Assembly (NCBI GenBank): GCA_000092065.1
Contig: CP000586.1
DNA from: Ostreococcus lucimarinus
Lineage: Eukaryota
Length of the DNA stretch: 64,000 bases
Direction: 5' to 3' (one strand)
The position numbers and the translations under genes were made by a program. This document shows, piece after piece, positions 30,041 to 40,791 of this stretch. The notes under the pieces were generated by a model. The model saw nothing but the letters and a program-made list of their open reading frames with translations. It was not told the origin of the DNA and searched no databases. The first letter of the stretch is position 1, and each line of letters begins with the position of its first letter.

Positions 30041-33000
30041 TTACAAATCGCGCGCACTTCTATCCTCGGGTAGCGTGGGTAAAGACAAGCTCTCTAGACT
30101 CACGCCGCGCGAATGCGTCGGAGTGCGATCTTGGCTACTCCGGCGACCTCCTGGGACGTCGGGAAATTGCGTTTCTTTGCCCCAAACATCAGCGAAAGAC
30201 AGTTTACGACGGTGTTTTGGCGCCTTGATCTCCTCCGCTTTCACCGGAGCGATTCCTAAGCTTTCAACGACGACGCCGTGTAAAGTACCACTTCTTCGAG
30301 GCGACTTGAGTTCAACGTCCACTTTTTGGCGAGGCTCGACGCCCTCCTTTTCGCTCTTTCCGCCGGACGACCTCCGGATAGCTGCGTCTCTATCTTGCAC
30401 CTCATCGGCTAAAGTCGGCCTAAAATATCGCATGAACATGATGGACGCAATGTAGGGCCAGATGGAGATGATCGCCACCGGCCAAAACCCGAGCCAGTAT
30501 TTCATCACCTGAGACGTTATCGGTAAAAACGTCTTGTAACTGTAAGTGGAGTAGTACACTTCCGTCTCACTTAACGCCATGTTCAAGATGAACCACAGTA
30601 GGATGGAACCCCATATGACTACGTGATGAAATAAAGTCCAAAAGTTGCACAACAATCCGAGTTGTACGTTCAAAGCGATGAGGAGCGCAGTGTACAAAGT
30701 CGTTCCGACCTCCCACAGCCCAAACGGCTGTCCGCTTTCCGCGTCCGCTTCGCCCGTGTGGATGCCGTAGAAGACCATAACGAAGCTCACAACCGCGACG
30801 TAAATACCGTACGCAAACCAAGTCAAACGACGGCGCGACGTAAACTGTGAGTTCGCCTGTGTTTCTCTGTACAGTTCCGGAACCTCCATCGAACTCTGCG
30901 GTTTCACGTCTTGGTCAAGGATACCGAGCGCTAGTACCGGAAAGTTGGTGAAGAAAATGTTGAACGACGACATCAGCCAATCGTTGTACACAGTCTGTCC
31001 GCTGGCTTTGGTGTGCATGTTGAATATGAAAATAGTCAAACCAAAAGCGATGTTCTTAAAGAAGAAGTACGTCACCATGCGTGCAATTCGCTTGTAATTG
31101 TATCGACCGTGGAGGAGAAGAAGGCGCTCCAAGAAGCGGAACTGGGCAAATGCGAAATCCGACGCCATGACTGCTTGCATACCCTCTTGGCCACTGATGC
31201 CGACACCGATGTGAGCGGCTTGAATCATCCCGACATCGTTCGCACCGTCACCGATAGCGAGCGTGATGCGTCCAGAATCCTTCACGAGAGTCGTCACGAG
31301 CGCCTTTTGTAAAGGCGACACGCGGCAGCAAATAACCGCGCTGCACTTGGTTCCCAGGGCTAGGAAGCTTCCGGCGAGCTCTGGTTTGAGAGCCAGCGTG
31401 AGCGAACGACCGTCGATAACCATACCGACGTCGGCGTCGAGCTGAATCGCGGCTTCGGCGTCTACTAAACCAGCTTCAATCTGCTGCTTCACTGAGGCCA
31501 TGGCGAGGCGTTGAAATGTCGCGCTGTCGATCTCGCCGTTGTTTTCTTGTTTAACCAAATCTTCGACGTTGATGACGCGGACCTTCATTTGCGGAGTGAT
31601 GAGCGAGCACGCTTGCCCGATGTTTATCGCAGTATCTTGCTTGTCACCGGTGAGTACCCAAACTGCGATGTTTGCCTTCATGAGTTGTTCAATGGTACGC
31701 GGTACGCCGACTTGCAATTTGTCTTCAATCGCAGTCGAGCCCAACAGCGTGAGGTCTTTCTCGATGAGATTCGCCACCTCTTCCAGTTTCTCTTCACGAT
31801 TTTGGAGAGCTTGGCTCGCCTCGATGAACTTTTCATTCCACGAAGCGTACTCAGAAGGGTTGATGACTCGACGCGCGAGGCACAACGTGCGCAAACCGCA
31901 CTTTGCCCACGCATCCATGTGCTCCTGGGTCGCATCCTTGAATTCATTGCCGTTCTGAGACAGTCGCTCATAAATGACGTTGTCGGCACCCTTGGTGAAG
32001 AGAAGGATACGTCCATCGTTTTTGCTCTTCACGATGACGCTCATGCGCTTTCGAGCCGACGTGAACTCCAGCGTGTTGAGAATGGTGTACGTCACGTCCT
32101 CCGTCCCCGGTCGCCCGTCATTGAATGCTTCTTCCTCAACCGTGATTGTCGTTGCCGAACGATGCTTGAAGAAGAAGCCGAAGCGCTTTGCCGCGACGAC
32201 GAACGCAAGTTCATCCGGGCTCTCCGCCTGATAAACGATTTCAGACGGGACAGGATTTCCTTCAGGAATAACCGTTTGACAAATGCCGAGTACACGGAAA
32301 AAACCGCGACAAATGTCAGCGTCTGATCTCTTATGCCACGCTCCGTTCTCAAGTCGCTTATCGCGGAAATTGAACGATGGCTCGATTGCGTCACCATTTT
32401 TTGGTGGCAACGGCTCGCCCTTGCGCTGCATGATGGCTCGTTCTATCTCCGTCACACCCTCGCCGTACGCGACGCCAGCGATCGAGCACTTGAAGAACTC
32501 CATCGTGTTGCACGTCAGGGTACCAGTCTTATCACTCAGCACGGTGTGTACCATACCGAGCTCTTCATTCAGGTTGGTCGTTCTCGCGAGCGCGGGAGTG
32601 TCCGTCTCTTCGTGGTACATCGCTCGATCCTTGTTCAGGAAGACAAATCCTTGGAAAACCTTCACCAACTCCAAAGAAACGTAAAGAGAGATTGGAATAA
32701 GATAGCCGTATAGGACGTAGGACGTGAAAAAGGCAATAACACCAACGCTGGTTCTGTTATCCGGATTGAACGTAACATCCTGTAAGTGCACGGCCAAGTA
32801 CCAATGGTCCTTCGCGCCGCTACCAATCCAGGCGGAGCAATAAATCGCCGAGGCCGTGCTCATAACGAACAGCGCTATCAACATGGTGATGACGACCCCA
32901 TCCATTTGCTTTTCGAGGTGCGAGCGCTTAGACGGGGTATCCGTGGCGTTCATCATAACCTTTGAATCGTGTCCAGTGTACACGCACACGCCGACGATCC

Positions 33001-33814
33001 ATTCCGTGTTGCGAAGACTTGAACCTCGCAGCAACATATTTGAAGGATTAAGCGAGACTTTCTTACCGTTCGGGTACAACGGCGCGCCGATGGACAAGTT
33101 TCCAGAGTACGTGTACAAAGAGTTGTTTGGATGCTCGCATTCGATGAACGTCTTTCCCTCGGACATCTTCGCAAACGTTTCGCGATCAAACTTCAAGTCC
33201 GCGACGTCAACCGAACGCTTGGTTTTCAAGTTTGTTTCCCCGTCCAAGTTCTTCGTCTCGACGTAACACGCGTTTTCGTCACTCGAGCTATCGAGCATGA
33301 TGAGGTCGCAAGGGAAAAACTGGTCTCGCACCACGCGCACGATGTTGCCGACCTTCAAGTCGTGCCACTCGCAGTTCTCAAACGACTCCCCGTTAAATCG
33401 TTCAGTCGTCGACGTGTTTTGGACGCGATCTTGCACGTGTCTCTTGTAATCTTCTACCGCTTCCTTAGCCAGCGACAGCCCAATCACCATAGTCAAGGGC
33501 GTCCACGTCGTGTACGGCTGGATCGGCGAGACGGTCGGAAAGAGCGAAATCACCGCCACGGACAAGAAATACAGGTTCGCCACCCGACGAAACTGTTCGT
33601 ACAGCCCCTTCGGCGCGAAAGTCACGACATTGTACTTCCCCGTGCAGATGGAATTATCCTTACACTTAAACTCCTTCGCCAAATCCTTCCCGTCGTTCGG
33701 TTCGCCCGCGCCGAGCACCAATTTGCGCGCCGTCGGCTTTGCCCTTTTCCGTCGCAAACGTTCGACCATCGTCGGCCTGCGCTCCAGCGCCGCCGCTGCG
33801 GTCGTCGGCGCCAT
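30041..33814 (-). CDS. P4-type ATPase, a phospholipid flippase of the ALA/Drs2 family.
   Basis: P-type motifs DKTGTLTCNTMEF (phosphorylation site), TGDKQDTAINIG and GDGANDVGMIQAAHIGVGISG are present. The P4 N-terminal GKYNVVTFAPKGLYEQFRRVANLYFL is also present. The 34189 start of the ORF track would overlap the upstream PreP gene; the first plausible ATG (MAPTTAAAALERRP) is at 33814. Confidence 0.85.
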   Translation of the reverse strand: MAPTTAAAALERRPTMVERLRRKRAKPTARKLVLGAGEPNDGKDLAKEFKCKDNSICTGKYNVVTFAPKGLYEQFRRVANLYFLSVAVISLFPTVSPIQPYTTWTPLTMVIGLSLAKEAVEDYKRHVQDRVQNTSTTERFNGESFENCEWHDLKVGNIVRVVRDQFFPCDLIMLDSSSDENACYVETKNLDGETNLKTKRSVDVADLKFDRETFAKMSEGKTFIECEHPNNSLYTYSGNLSIGAPLYPNGKKVSLNPSNMLLRGSSLRNTEWIVGVCVYTGHDSKVMMNATDTPSKRSHLEKQMDGVVITMLIALFVMSTASAIYCSAWIGSGAKDHWYLAVHLQDVTFNPDNRTSVGVIAFFTSYVLYGYLIPISLYVSLELVKVFQGFVFLNKDRAMYHEETDTPALARTTNLNEELGMVHTVLSDKTGTLTCNTMEFFKCSIAGVAYGEGVTEIERAIMQRKGEPLPPKNGDAIEPSFNFRDKRLENGAWHKRSDADICRGFFRVLGICQTVIPEGNPVPSEIVYQAESPDELAFVVAAKRFGFFFKHRSATTITVEEEAFNDGRPGTEDVTYTILNTLEFTSARKRMSVIVKSKNDGRILLFTKGADNVIYERLSQNGNEFKDATQEHMDAWAKCGLRTLCLARRVINPSEYASWNEKFIEASQALQNREEKLEEVANLIEKDLTLLGSTAIEDKLQVGVPRTIEQLMKANIAVWVLTGDKQDTAINIGQACSLITPQMKVRVINVEDLVKQENNGEIDSATFQRLAMASVKQQIEAGLVDAEAAIQLDADVGMVIDGRSLTLALKPELAGSFLALGTKCSAVICCRVSPLQKALVTTLVKDSGRITLAIGDGANDVGMIQAAHIGVGISGQEGMQAVMASDFAFAQFRFLERLLLLHGRYNYKRIARMVTYFFFKNIAFGLTIFIFNMHTKASGQTVYNDWLMSSFNIFFTNFPVLALGILDQDVKPQSSMEVPELYRETQANSQFTSRRRLTWFAYGIYVAVVSFVMVFYGIHTGEADAESGQPFGLWEVGTTLYTALLIALNVQLGLLCNFWTLFHHVVIWGSILLWFILNMALSETEVYYSTYSYKTFLPITSQVMKYWLGFWPVAIISIWPYIASIMFMRYFRPTLADEVQDRDAAIRRSSGGKSEKEGVEPRQKVDVELKSPRRSGTLHGVVVESLGIAPVKAEEIKAPKHRRKLSFADVWGKETQFPDVPGGRRSSQDRTPTHSRGVSLESLSLPTLPEDRSARDL

Positions 33815-34157
33815 CGTCCGCGCGATCGATCTTCCGCGCGATCGTCCTCGCGCGCGGGCGTGCGCGGCGCGATCTCGCGAGCAATTTTTGGCGGTTGGAA
33901 ACGATCGGTCGTTCGATCGGTTCGCGCTCGCGATGCGTCTCGCGTCGCGTCGCGTTCGGGTCGAGGATGCGCGTCGCGAGTCAACGTCGGTATCGATCGA
34001 CGGTGCGATGTCTCGCGCGCGTGCGGCCGCGTCGCGCGACGCGCGAGGGCGGTTGTGAAGTCTCCGGGCCTTCGACGAGTCGTGAACCGCGAAAAAACCG
34101 GTTTGAAAAATTAAATTGGCGACTGCGATTACAACGAAAGCGAGGGCGCGGCGACGA

Positions 34158-37100
34158 CTAGGCGACGCGAGGCGCGCCCTGGGCGTCAAGATTCACCCAG
34201 CTCGCGTCCGCGAGCGGAGCCTTCTCGGATGAACCGATGATGGCGATCGCGGGGGCGACGCCGCGGAGGTGGGCGGCGGCGACGCGAGATAAATCCGCCG
34301 GCGACGCGGCGAGCAACCCGTCGCGGAAACGCTGACGCTCTTCGTCGGTGACGCCGGTTAAGAAACCGGAGTTTCCGCGCGCGCTGGGAGCGAGCGGGGC
34401 GTCGAGTTGCTTGAACGCGCGAAGTTGAGCCTCTTCGAGCTCTTTTGTGGTGATGTTCTCCGAGTTCGTGGCCCATTCGATGGATTTGGTGAAAGTGTCC
34501 AACGTCTCCGTCGTGTTCGGATCGCGGTAGGAGAAGAAGGTGAAGAGCGAGGACATCGGGTCCGAGGCACAACCACCGCCGTAAGCGCCGCCCTTTTCGC
34601 GAATTTCACGGTGAAGGTAGCCCGCGCTCAACGCTTGCGCGAGCAAGAATAATGCCGGAGCGTCGGGGTGGCTGTACGGCAACGCCGGAAGCGCGGCGGA
34701 GCAGTAATTGGTTTGCCCCGGGATGGAGACAAACACCTTGGAAAGCTCGGGTTTGAACGTCTTCAACTTCGTCGCCACGGTGTCCTTGTCGCTCGGACTG
34801 GCGGCAACCGGCTTGATATCTTTCAAGAACTTTGCGAATCGACGTTCGGTGGCGGAAAAGCTTTCTTTTTGGCACGCGATGCGGCATCGCTGTACGCGCT
34901 CGGGGCGAAGCGCGAACGCGGCGATTTCGGCCATCGCGGTTTCAACTTCATCGATCGCGCCTTCCTTGGACAAGCGCGAGACGAGGCCGACGTGAGGCAA
35001 TCCACTCGTTTCGTTCGACAACGCACTCGTGGCGCTGATTTGAGCGCCTGCGAGGTTTCTCGCGTATTGCATGCCTTGCTGTCCAACGGAGGCGCCGAGT
35101 GCGGCGGCACGACGTGTCAACAACAACTTGACGCGCTCTTCTTCCCCTCGCCACTTCGCCGTTTGCAAATCGGTGAGAATATCGAACATCGCGTCGACGT
35201 TGCGTTCGAGCGCGTGACCGCTGATGGACAGCGACATCGTCGGCGTACCTTTGCCGTCGGTGGGAGTACGAACGACGGAGCCGACGGAAAAGCCGCCTGT
35301 GCGAAGCTTGATTTGTTCCGCCAAATCCTTGTACTTCATCTTTTCCGTGCCGAGCTGATCGATGAAATCCATGAACATGTCTAAATAAGGCACCAACCGC
35401 TGCGGAAGACCATCCAGATCAAAGTGCGTGCTAAAGTAGACGACACCGTTGGTCGGTTGCTCGTCGTACTGAAGCGGAATGTTACCGGCGATTTTCATAT
35501 TCTTCGACCCCCAGCGCTTAATGTCTTTCGGCACGGCCTCGGCGACGATCAGGGTGGGTAACACCGATACGTCTTCCTTCTTATCTTGATTCTCTTTGAG
35601 CACGAGCGCGTCGGCGACGATCTTCTTCTTCTGGTCCTCGGTCAACGTCTTTTCGATGCTCTTCAGCTTTGCCTTCTCCGCTTCGTCGAGCTTTTTGTCG
35701 TAATCAGGATCAGTGCGCGCGGTGATCGTGAGACGGTGCGTGTTGTCTAAGAACCACTTTTTGATGAGCTTTTGCCAGTACTGCGGATCCGCGTCGAGCG
35801 CGGCGTTGAGCTTGGCCGCGAGCTCGGGCGTGCGCAACGCGCGCAGCGAGTCGCCGTCGTGCACCCACGTCGAGAAGGCTCCGAAACCGGTGTACAATCC
35901 GAACTGCGTCGTAACCGCCGCGGAGTCGAGTTCGAGCTGGTGCATCACCGCTTCGACGCGCTCGCGCGGGAACCCTTCGCGAGAGATGCGCTCGAGAACG
36001 TCGAGAATAGTCTTTTCAATCTTGTCCATATCCGCGTCGGCGACATCCTTCAAGCCGACGGCGAAGGACGTCTCTCGGCGAGAGCCACCGTAGCCAGTGC
36101 CCGGGGCGAAACCGCTCCCGAGGCCGGGCTCGAGGAGCGCTTCGTAAAGGTACGATTGCGGTCCGCTCGTGAGCAAGTCACTGGCGACGCCCAAGGCGAA
36201 GTTGTCCAACGAAACTGGATCCTCGATTTGGTTCACCATGAGCCACGCGAGAGAGATGAGCGACTGCTTGTTCGCGTCAGCCACCACCGCGTCCGCGGGT
36301 ACGGTGGCTTCGACGCGCTTCGGCGCGGTGAAACGCTTTTCGTCTTCGACGATCAACTTGCTCACGTCGAGTTTATCAAAGCGGTGCAACGCCGAGTCTT
36401 CGATTTGCTGCAAAGTCTCCTCGAGCGGCAAGTCGCCGTACGTGTAAAACTTCGCGTTTGACGGGTGATAATGCAACGCGTGGAACGCCTTGAGCTGTTC
36501 GTACGTCAAGTCGGGAATGTTGACCGGATCTCCACCGCTGTTCCAATGGTACGTGGACGTCGGGAACAAGTTCTCGCCGAGCGCTCTGCCGTATCGCGCG
36601 CTCTGCGACCCCATCGCGCCCTTCATCTCGTTGAACACGATGCCCTTGTAAATCAAATCGCTCGTCGGGTCGTCCATCTTCGCGAACTCGAAGCGGTGAC
36701 CTTCTTGCGAGAAATCCTCCGCGGCGATCTTGGGGAAAAACGCGGCGTCCAAGTAGACGTCGAGCAAGTTTTTGTAATCCACGCGGTTCATCGTCGAAAA
36801 CGGGTAGCACGTGAAATCGCTCGCCGTCATCGCGTTCATGAACGTGCTCAACGATCGTCGCAGCATGTTAAAGAACGGATCTCTCACCGGAAACTTTTCG
36901 CTTCCGCACAACACCGTGTGTTCCAACACGTGCGCCACGCCCGTCGAATCCCGCGGCGTCGTCCGAAACGCCACGTTGAATCCCGCGTTCGAGTCGTCCG
37001 CGCCCACGTGCAGCACCTTCGCCCCCGTCTTCACGTGCTCCAGCTCCACCGCCACGACGTCGTACGGCATCACTCGCTTCGTCGACGTCACCTCGAACGC

Positions 37101-37403
37101 CCCTCCCGCGAGCCTCGTCCCCGGTTTCAAATTTTCCAGCGCGTCGAGCGTCGCCTTCGCGTCCTCGCTCGTCGCCCGTTTCGTCGCCGTCGCCGTCGCG
37201 TTCGCCCCCCCGACCCGTCCCGCCCCGATCGCCGACATCGACGCCGCGCTCGTCCCGACCATCACCTCTCGCCGCGTCGCTCGCGTCGCTCGCGTCGCGT
37301 CTCGTCCTCTTCGCCCGCGTCGTTCGCCGAGTCTCGTCCTCGCGAATCCGCGCGTCGTCGTCGTCGCCGTCGTCGTCGACCGTCGCGCGACCGCTCGAAG
37401 CAT
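34158..37403 (-). CDS. PREP: Presequence protease PreP, an M16C pitrilysin-family metalloprotease, with an organellar presequence.
   Basis: The inverted zinc motif GVAHVLEHTVLCGSEKFP (HxxEH) lies ~170 aa from the N-terminus. The length of 1081 aa is typical for PreP. The N-terminus is Thr/Arg-rich. The start is ATG. Confidence 0.85.
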   Translation of the reverse strand: MLRAVARRSTTTATTTTRGFARTRLGERRGRRGRDATRATRATRREVMVGTSAASMSAIGAGRVGGANATATATKRATSEDAKATLDALENLKPGTRLAGGAFEVTSTKRVMPYDVVAVELEHVKTGAKVLHVGADDSNAGFNVAFRTTPRDSTGVAHVLEHTVLCGSEKFPVRDPFFNMLRRSLSTFMNAMTASDFTCYPFSTMNRVDYKNLLDVYLDAAFFPKIAAEDFSQEGHRFEFAKMDDPTSDLIYKGIVFNEMKGAMGSQSARYGRALGENLFPTSTYHWNSGGDPVNIPDLTYEQLKAFHALHYHPSNAKFYTYGDLPLEETLQQIEDSALHRFDKLDVSKLIVEDEKRFTAPKRVEATVPADAVVADANKQSLISLAWLMVNQIEDPVSLDNFALGVASDLLTSGPQSYLYEALLEPGLGSGFAPGTGYGGSRRETSFAVGLKDVADADMDKIEKTILDVLERISREGFPRERVEAVMHQLELDSAAVTTQFGLYTGFGAFSTWVHDGDSLRALRTPELAAKLNAALDADPQYWQKLIKKWFLDNTHRLTITARTDPDYDKKLDEAEKAKLKSIEKTLTEDQKKKIVADALVLKENQDKKEDVSVLPTLIVAEAVPKDIKRWGSKNMKIAGNIPLQYDEQPTNGVVYFSTHFDLDGLPQRLVPYLDMFMDFIDQLGTEKMKYKDLAEQIKLRTGGFSVGSVVRTPTDGKGTPTMSLSISGHALERNVDAMFDILTDLQTAKWRGEEERVKLLLTRRAAALGASVGQQGMQYARNLAGAQISATSALSNETSGLPHVGLVSRLSKEGAIDEVETAMAEIAAFALRPERVQRCRIACQKESFSATERRFAKFLKDIKPVAASPSDKDTVATKLKTFKPELSKVFVSIPGQTNYCSAALPALPYSHPDAPALFLLAQALSAGYLHREIREKGGAYGGGCASDPMSSLFTFFSYRDPNTTETLDTFTKSIEWATNSENITTKELEEAQLRAFKQLDAPLAPSARGNSGFLTGVTDEERQRFRDGLLAASPADLSRVAAAHLRGVAPAIAIIGSSEKAPLADASWVNLDAQGAPRVA

Positions 37404-37489
37404 GCACCGCGCGTTCGGCGTCGTCTTCGCGTCGCTCGTCCCTCGTCCGTCGCGCGTTCGTTCCTTCGCGCGCGCGCGCGTCGCCGTGT

Positions 37490-37538
<49 letters not shown>

Positions 37539-37600
37539 TCGTCGCTGTTACGGTTTTTTTTACGCGTCGGCGGCGGTCATCGCGGCATCGCGCGACGCGC

Positions 37601-39457
37601 ATGCGACGCGCGTGGCGGTGCGCGCGCGTCGCGACGCGCGCGATGCCGACGGCGACGACGCGCGCGAGCGGCGCGAGCGTCGCGGCGCGCGCGCAGCGGA
37701 CGACGACGACGACGACGACGGCGGCGGGGACGCGATGGGGACGGACGGGCGGGAGCCAGCGACGGGGGCGCGCGGCGACGGCGCGCGCGCGCGCGGTGGG
37801 GACGGGAACGCCGAGCGTGTGCCCGGGGTGCGGGGTCGGGCTGCAGCGCGAGGACGCGAACGCGCCGGGGTACTACGTGACGCCGAGACGCGCGCTGGAG
37901 GCGGCGGCGGCGGCGGAAGAGAGGAACGACGAGGACGACGCGGAGGAAGCGAGCGAGGCGTTCGAGTTCGAGGACGGCGACGACGATGTGGACGACGACG
38001 CGATCGACGAGACGTACGTGCCGCCGGGGTTCGAGTTGATGGATGAAGAAAACGTGAGCGGGTTGGACGCCGAGGAGGCGGCGGCGCGGTTGGACGCGTT
38101 GAATTCTTTGTTTGACGACGACGAGGACGACGAGGCGACGAAACGACGGGCGAAGAAAAAGCGTGGACCGCCGACGGTGGTGTGCGCGCGGTGCTTCGCG
38201 CTGCGAACGAGCGGACGGGTGAAGAACGCGGCGGCGGAGGTACTGTTGCCGTCGTTCGATTTCGCGCGCGTCGTCGGCGATAGTTTCGAGCGGTTGACGG
38301 GCGAAGGCCGCGCCGTGGTTTTACTCATGGTCGATTTACTGGATTTCGACGGATCGTTTCCGGTGGATGCCATCGACGTCATCGAGCCGTACGTGGAGAA
38401 GGGCGTGGTGGACGTCTTGCTCGTGGCGAACAAGGTGGACTTGATGCCCACGCAGTGCACGCGCACGCGCTTGACTTCGTTCGTGCGACGGCGGTCGAAG
38501 GATTTCGGGCTTTCGCGATGCGCGGGCGTGCACTTGGTGAGCGCCAAAGCGGGGATGGGGGTGGCGATTTTGGCGCAACAGCTCGAAGACATGCTCGATC
38601 GAGGGAAAGAGGTGTACGTCGTCGGCGCGCAAAACGCGGGTAAGAGTTCGTTGATCAACCGCTTGAGTCAAAGGTACGGCGGCCCGGGTGAAGAAGACGG
38701 AGGCCCGATCGCGAGTCCGCTTCCTGGGACGACGCTCGGGATGGTGAAGCTCCCGGCGCTGTTGCCGAACAGTTCAGACGTCTACGACACGCCCGGATTG
38801 TTGCAACCGTTTCAACTCTCTTCGCGATTGAACGGCGATGAGATGAAGGTCGTTTTACCGAACAAGCGTGTCACGCCGCGCACGTATCGCATCGAAGTCG
38901 GTGGCACGATTCACATAGGTGGTTTAGCGCGCATCGACGTCTTGGAATCGCCGCAACGCACGCTATACCTCACCGTGTGGGCGTCGAACAAGGTCGCCAC
39001 GCACTACGCGCGCACGACAAAGGGAGCGGACACGTTTCTCGAGAAGCACGGAGGGACGAAGATGACGCCTCCGATCGGAGAGGCTCGCATGAGACAGTTT
39101 GGCGCGTGGGGGTCACGCGTCGTGAACATCTATGGCGAAGACTGGCAAGCGTCGACGCGAGACATCTCCATCGCCGGGCTCTGTTGGATCGGCGTTGGGT
39201 GCAATGGGAACGCTTCGTTCAAGATTTGGACGCACGAGGGCGTGCAAGTCGTCACTCGCGAAGCGTTAGTTCCCGACATGGCCAAGAGTTTAATGTCGCC
39301 CGGTTTTTCCTTTGAAAACGTCGGCGGCGATTCGTCAAACAAGCGTCCGAACGATCGCGCGAATCGGCAACGCGGTCGAGGCGGCGGCGGCGGCGGCGGC
39401 GGTCGAGGCGGTCGAGGCGGTCGAGGCGGTCGAGGCGGTCGATCGCGGTCGTCATAG
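37601..39457 (+). CDS. NOA1: NOA1/YqeH-type circularly permuted GTPase with an N-terminal CxxC zinc-finger and a C-terminal RGG/GGR repeat tail.
   Basis: The motifs are permuted, with G4 before G1: LLVANKVDL then VVGAQNAGKSSLINRL, followed by TPGLLQP. CPGCGVGLQ sits near the N-terminus. The C-terminus is GRGGGGGGGRGGRGGRGGRGGRSRSS. Confidence 0.8.
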   Translation: MRRAWRCARVATRAMPTATTRASGASVAARAQRTTTTTTTAAGTRWGRTGGSQRRGRAATARARAVGTGTPSVCPGCGVGLQREDANAPGYYVTPRRALEAAAAAEERNDEDDAEEASEAFEFEDGDDDVDDDAIDETYVPPGFELMDEENVSGLDAEEAAARLDALNSLFDDDEDDEATKRRAKKKRGPPTVVCARCFALRTSGRVKNAAAEVLLPSFDFARVVGDSFERLTGEGRAVVLLMVDLLDFDGSFPVDAIDVIEPYVEKGVVDVLLVANKVDLMPTQCTRTRLTSFVRRRSKDFGLSRCAGVHLVSAKAGMGVAILAQQLEDMLDRGKEVYVVGAQNAGKSSLINRLSQRYGGPGEEDGGPIASPLPGTTLGMVKLPALLPNSSDVYDTPGLLQPFQLSSRLNGDEMKVVLPNKRVTPRTYRIEVGGTIHIGGLARIDVLESPQRTLYLTVWASNKVATHYARTTKGADTFLEKHGGTKMTPPIGEARMRQFGAWGSRVVNIYGEDWQASTRDISIAGLCWIGVGCNGNASFKIWTHEGVQVVTREALVPDMAKSLMSPGFSFENVGGDSSNKRPNDRANRQRGRGGGGGGGGRGGRGGRGGRGGRSRSS

Positions 39458-39587
39458 CGGTCAATCAATAAAAGTTGTAGTTTAACCATTCGCGCCCAAA
39501 GTCAACCATCGACAAGGGAAGAGGAACTGACTTTTTCGAGTCAACGAGGGTCCTTCGTCTCGCGCGTAAGACGCCACCTCACGCCTG

Positions 39588-40196
39588 ATGACGTACTGCG
39601 AGTGTTGCGGAGAACAAATTTCGCACATCCCTCGTCCGCGAAAAACACGCGCGAAAAACACGCGCGAGGACGCGTACGTCGCGTTGCCGCGCGACGAGGA
39701 TTATCACATGAGCGGCTATGAATTGAACGACGCCGAAAAAGCGCTTGAGTCTGCGGTGCGCGAGGCGCTCATGGACACGGTGCACCCCAAAGGAGTCGCC
39801 ATGAATCGAGCGCTAGTGACTCTGACGGTGTTCAAGTTTGTGCCGCACCCGCGCGTCGGGCGTTCGTTCAAGGTCGACTGCACACTAGACGCTACCACCG
39901 GAGCGCTGGTCATCCAAAACTTTACGAGACGGAATTTCCTGAAGCTCGCGAGCGATTACGGGAGATTAGATTTTGGACAGACGGCGGTGATCATACGCAC
40001 ATTTTACGCGACGAAAAAGGGCGATCGAGGAATGCCGTACAAGCGCGTGCGCGGCTTCGTCATGTGGTCGAAAGGGCGGAGGCGGCCGGACGGTTCGCGA
40101 GACGTAGCTTTCGGACGAGCGTCCAAGGCGGAGTTAATCGCGTCGTACGCCATGGACCCTCCACCCCCAGCCGAGCGCGTCGAGTTCATCGGCTGA
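39588..40196 (+). CDS. Hypothetical small protein. The real start may be the internal ATG at 39708 (MSGYELND...).
   Basis: ATG-initiated ORF. The first 40 codons have UTR-like composition and a repeated cgcgaaaaacacgcg motif. Downstream the sequence is non-repetitive and protein-like. It is convergent with the small minus-strand gene ending at 40273. Confidence 0.35.
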   Translation: MTYCECCGEQISHIPRPRKTRAKNTREDAYVALPRDEDYHMSGYELNDAEKALESAVREALMDTVHPKGVAMNRALVTLTVFKFVPHPRVGRSFKVDCTLDATTGALVIQNFTRRNFLKLASDYGRLDFGQTAVIIRTFYATKKGDRGMPYKRVRGFVMWSKGRRRPDGSRDVAFGRASKAELIASYAMDPPPPAERVEFIG

Positions 40197-40272
40197 TTTT
40201 TAATGTCACGAAATAAGACTCGCCGACTCGATAAATATTACACGCGAAGACGACGGATGCGCCGTAGACGCG

Positions 40273-40791
40273 TCAATCTTCAGATTCCTCTGCGCCCTTT
40301 TCGGCGATGCGTTGATTTTCCTTGATCCTATCCATGAGCTTATCCGCGATCCCGTCCTTCCAATCTCCACTCTCCACCTTCTTCACCTCCACGACTTCGC
40401 CGTTTTCGTCCAACTCCATCTCGCGCTCCAACGACTTCGCCACGCCGAGCACGCTCTTCCCCATCACCGCCGCCGTCACCACGTCCGCGAGCACCAAAAT
40501 CACCCCAAGCTTCCCAAACTTCGTCGCCGTCTTCCCCACGTCCGCCGGTTCGCGCTCTTCGTCCGTCGTCGTCGTCGCCTTTTCCTTCGCCGTCTCGCGT
40601 CTCTTCTCCGCCGCCTCGCGTCGCCACGACTCCGACCCCGCCGCCGCGTCTCCCTTCGCCGACGCCTTGATGATCTCCACGAGATCGACGTCTTCGTCGA
40701 ACGTCGACTGCATCAACCAATCGATCGGCTGGCCCGCCGCGTCGGCGCGCCGCGGCGCCGTCACCGCGAGCGCGCCCGCGAGCGCAATCAT
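40273..40791 (-). CDS. Hypothetical small single-TM protein of 172 aa with a presequence-like N-terminus. It is a divergent partner of Twinkle.
   Basis: This is the C-terminal part of the 457-aa ORF of the ORF track, whose N-terminal part is antisense junk over Twinkle. The first ATG (MIALAGALAV...) is at 40791, confirmed as cat on the plus strand at 40789-40791. The TM segment is FGKLGVILVLADVVTAAVMGKSVLGVA. The tail is charged (DWKDGIADKLMDRIKENQRIAEKGAEESED). Confidence 0.4.
   Translation of the reverse strand: MIALAGALAVTAPRRADAAGQPIDWLMQSTFDEDVDLVEIIKASAKGDAAAGSESWRREAAEKRRETAKEKATTTTDEEREPADVGKTATKFGKLGVILVLADVVTAAVMGKSVLGVAKSLEREMELDENGEVVEVKKVESGDWKDGIADKLMDRIKENQRIAEKGAEESED

Noticed and set aside
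30567-37880. Antisense ORFs inside the P4-ATPase and PreP: 31511..32326 +, 33131..34114 +, 34668..35384 +, 35772..36461 +, 36465..37880 +, 36811..38046 +.
   Set aside because: The opposite strand encodes long, motif-rich, clearly homologous proteins. These ORFs are compositionally biased and lack motifs.
39361-39440. Short direct repeats (ggtcgaggc x4, preceded by a ggc run) that superficially resemble a mini repeat array.
   Set aside because: They are in-frame coding sequence for the RGG tail of NOA1. They have no spacers and no CRISPR-like architecture, and the context is eukaryotic.
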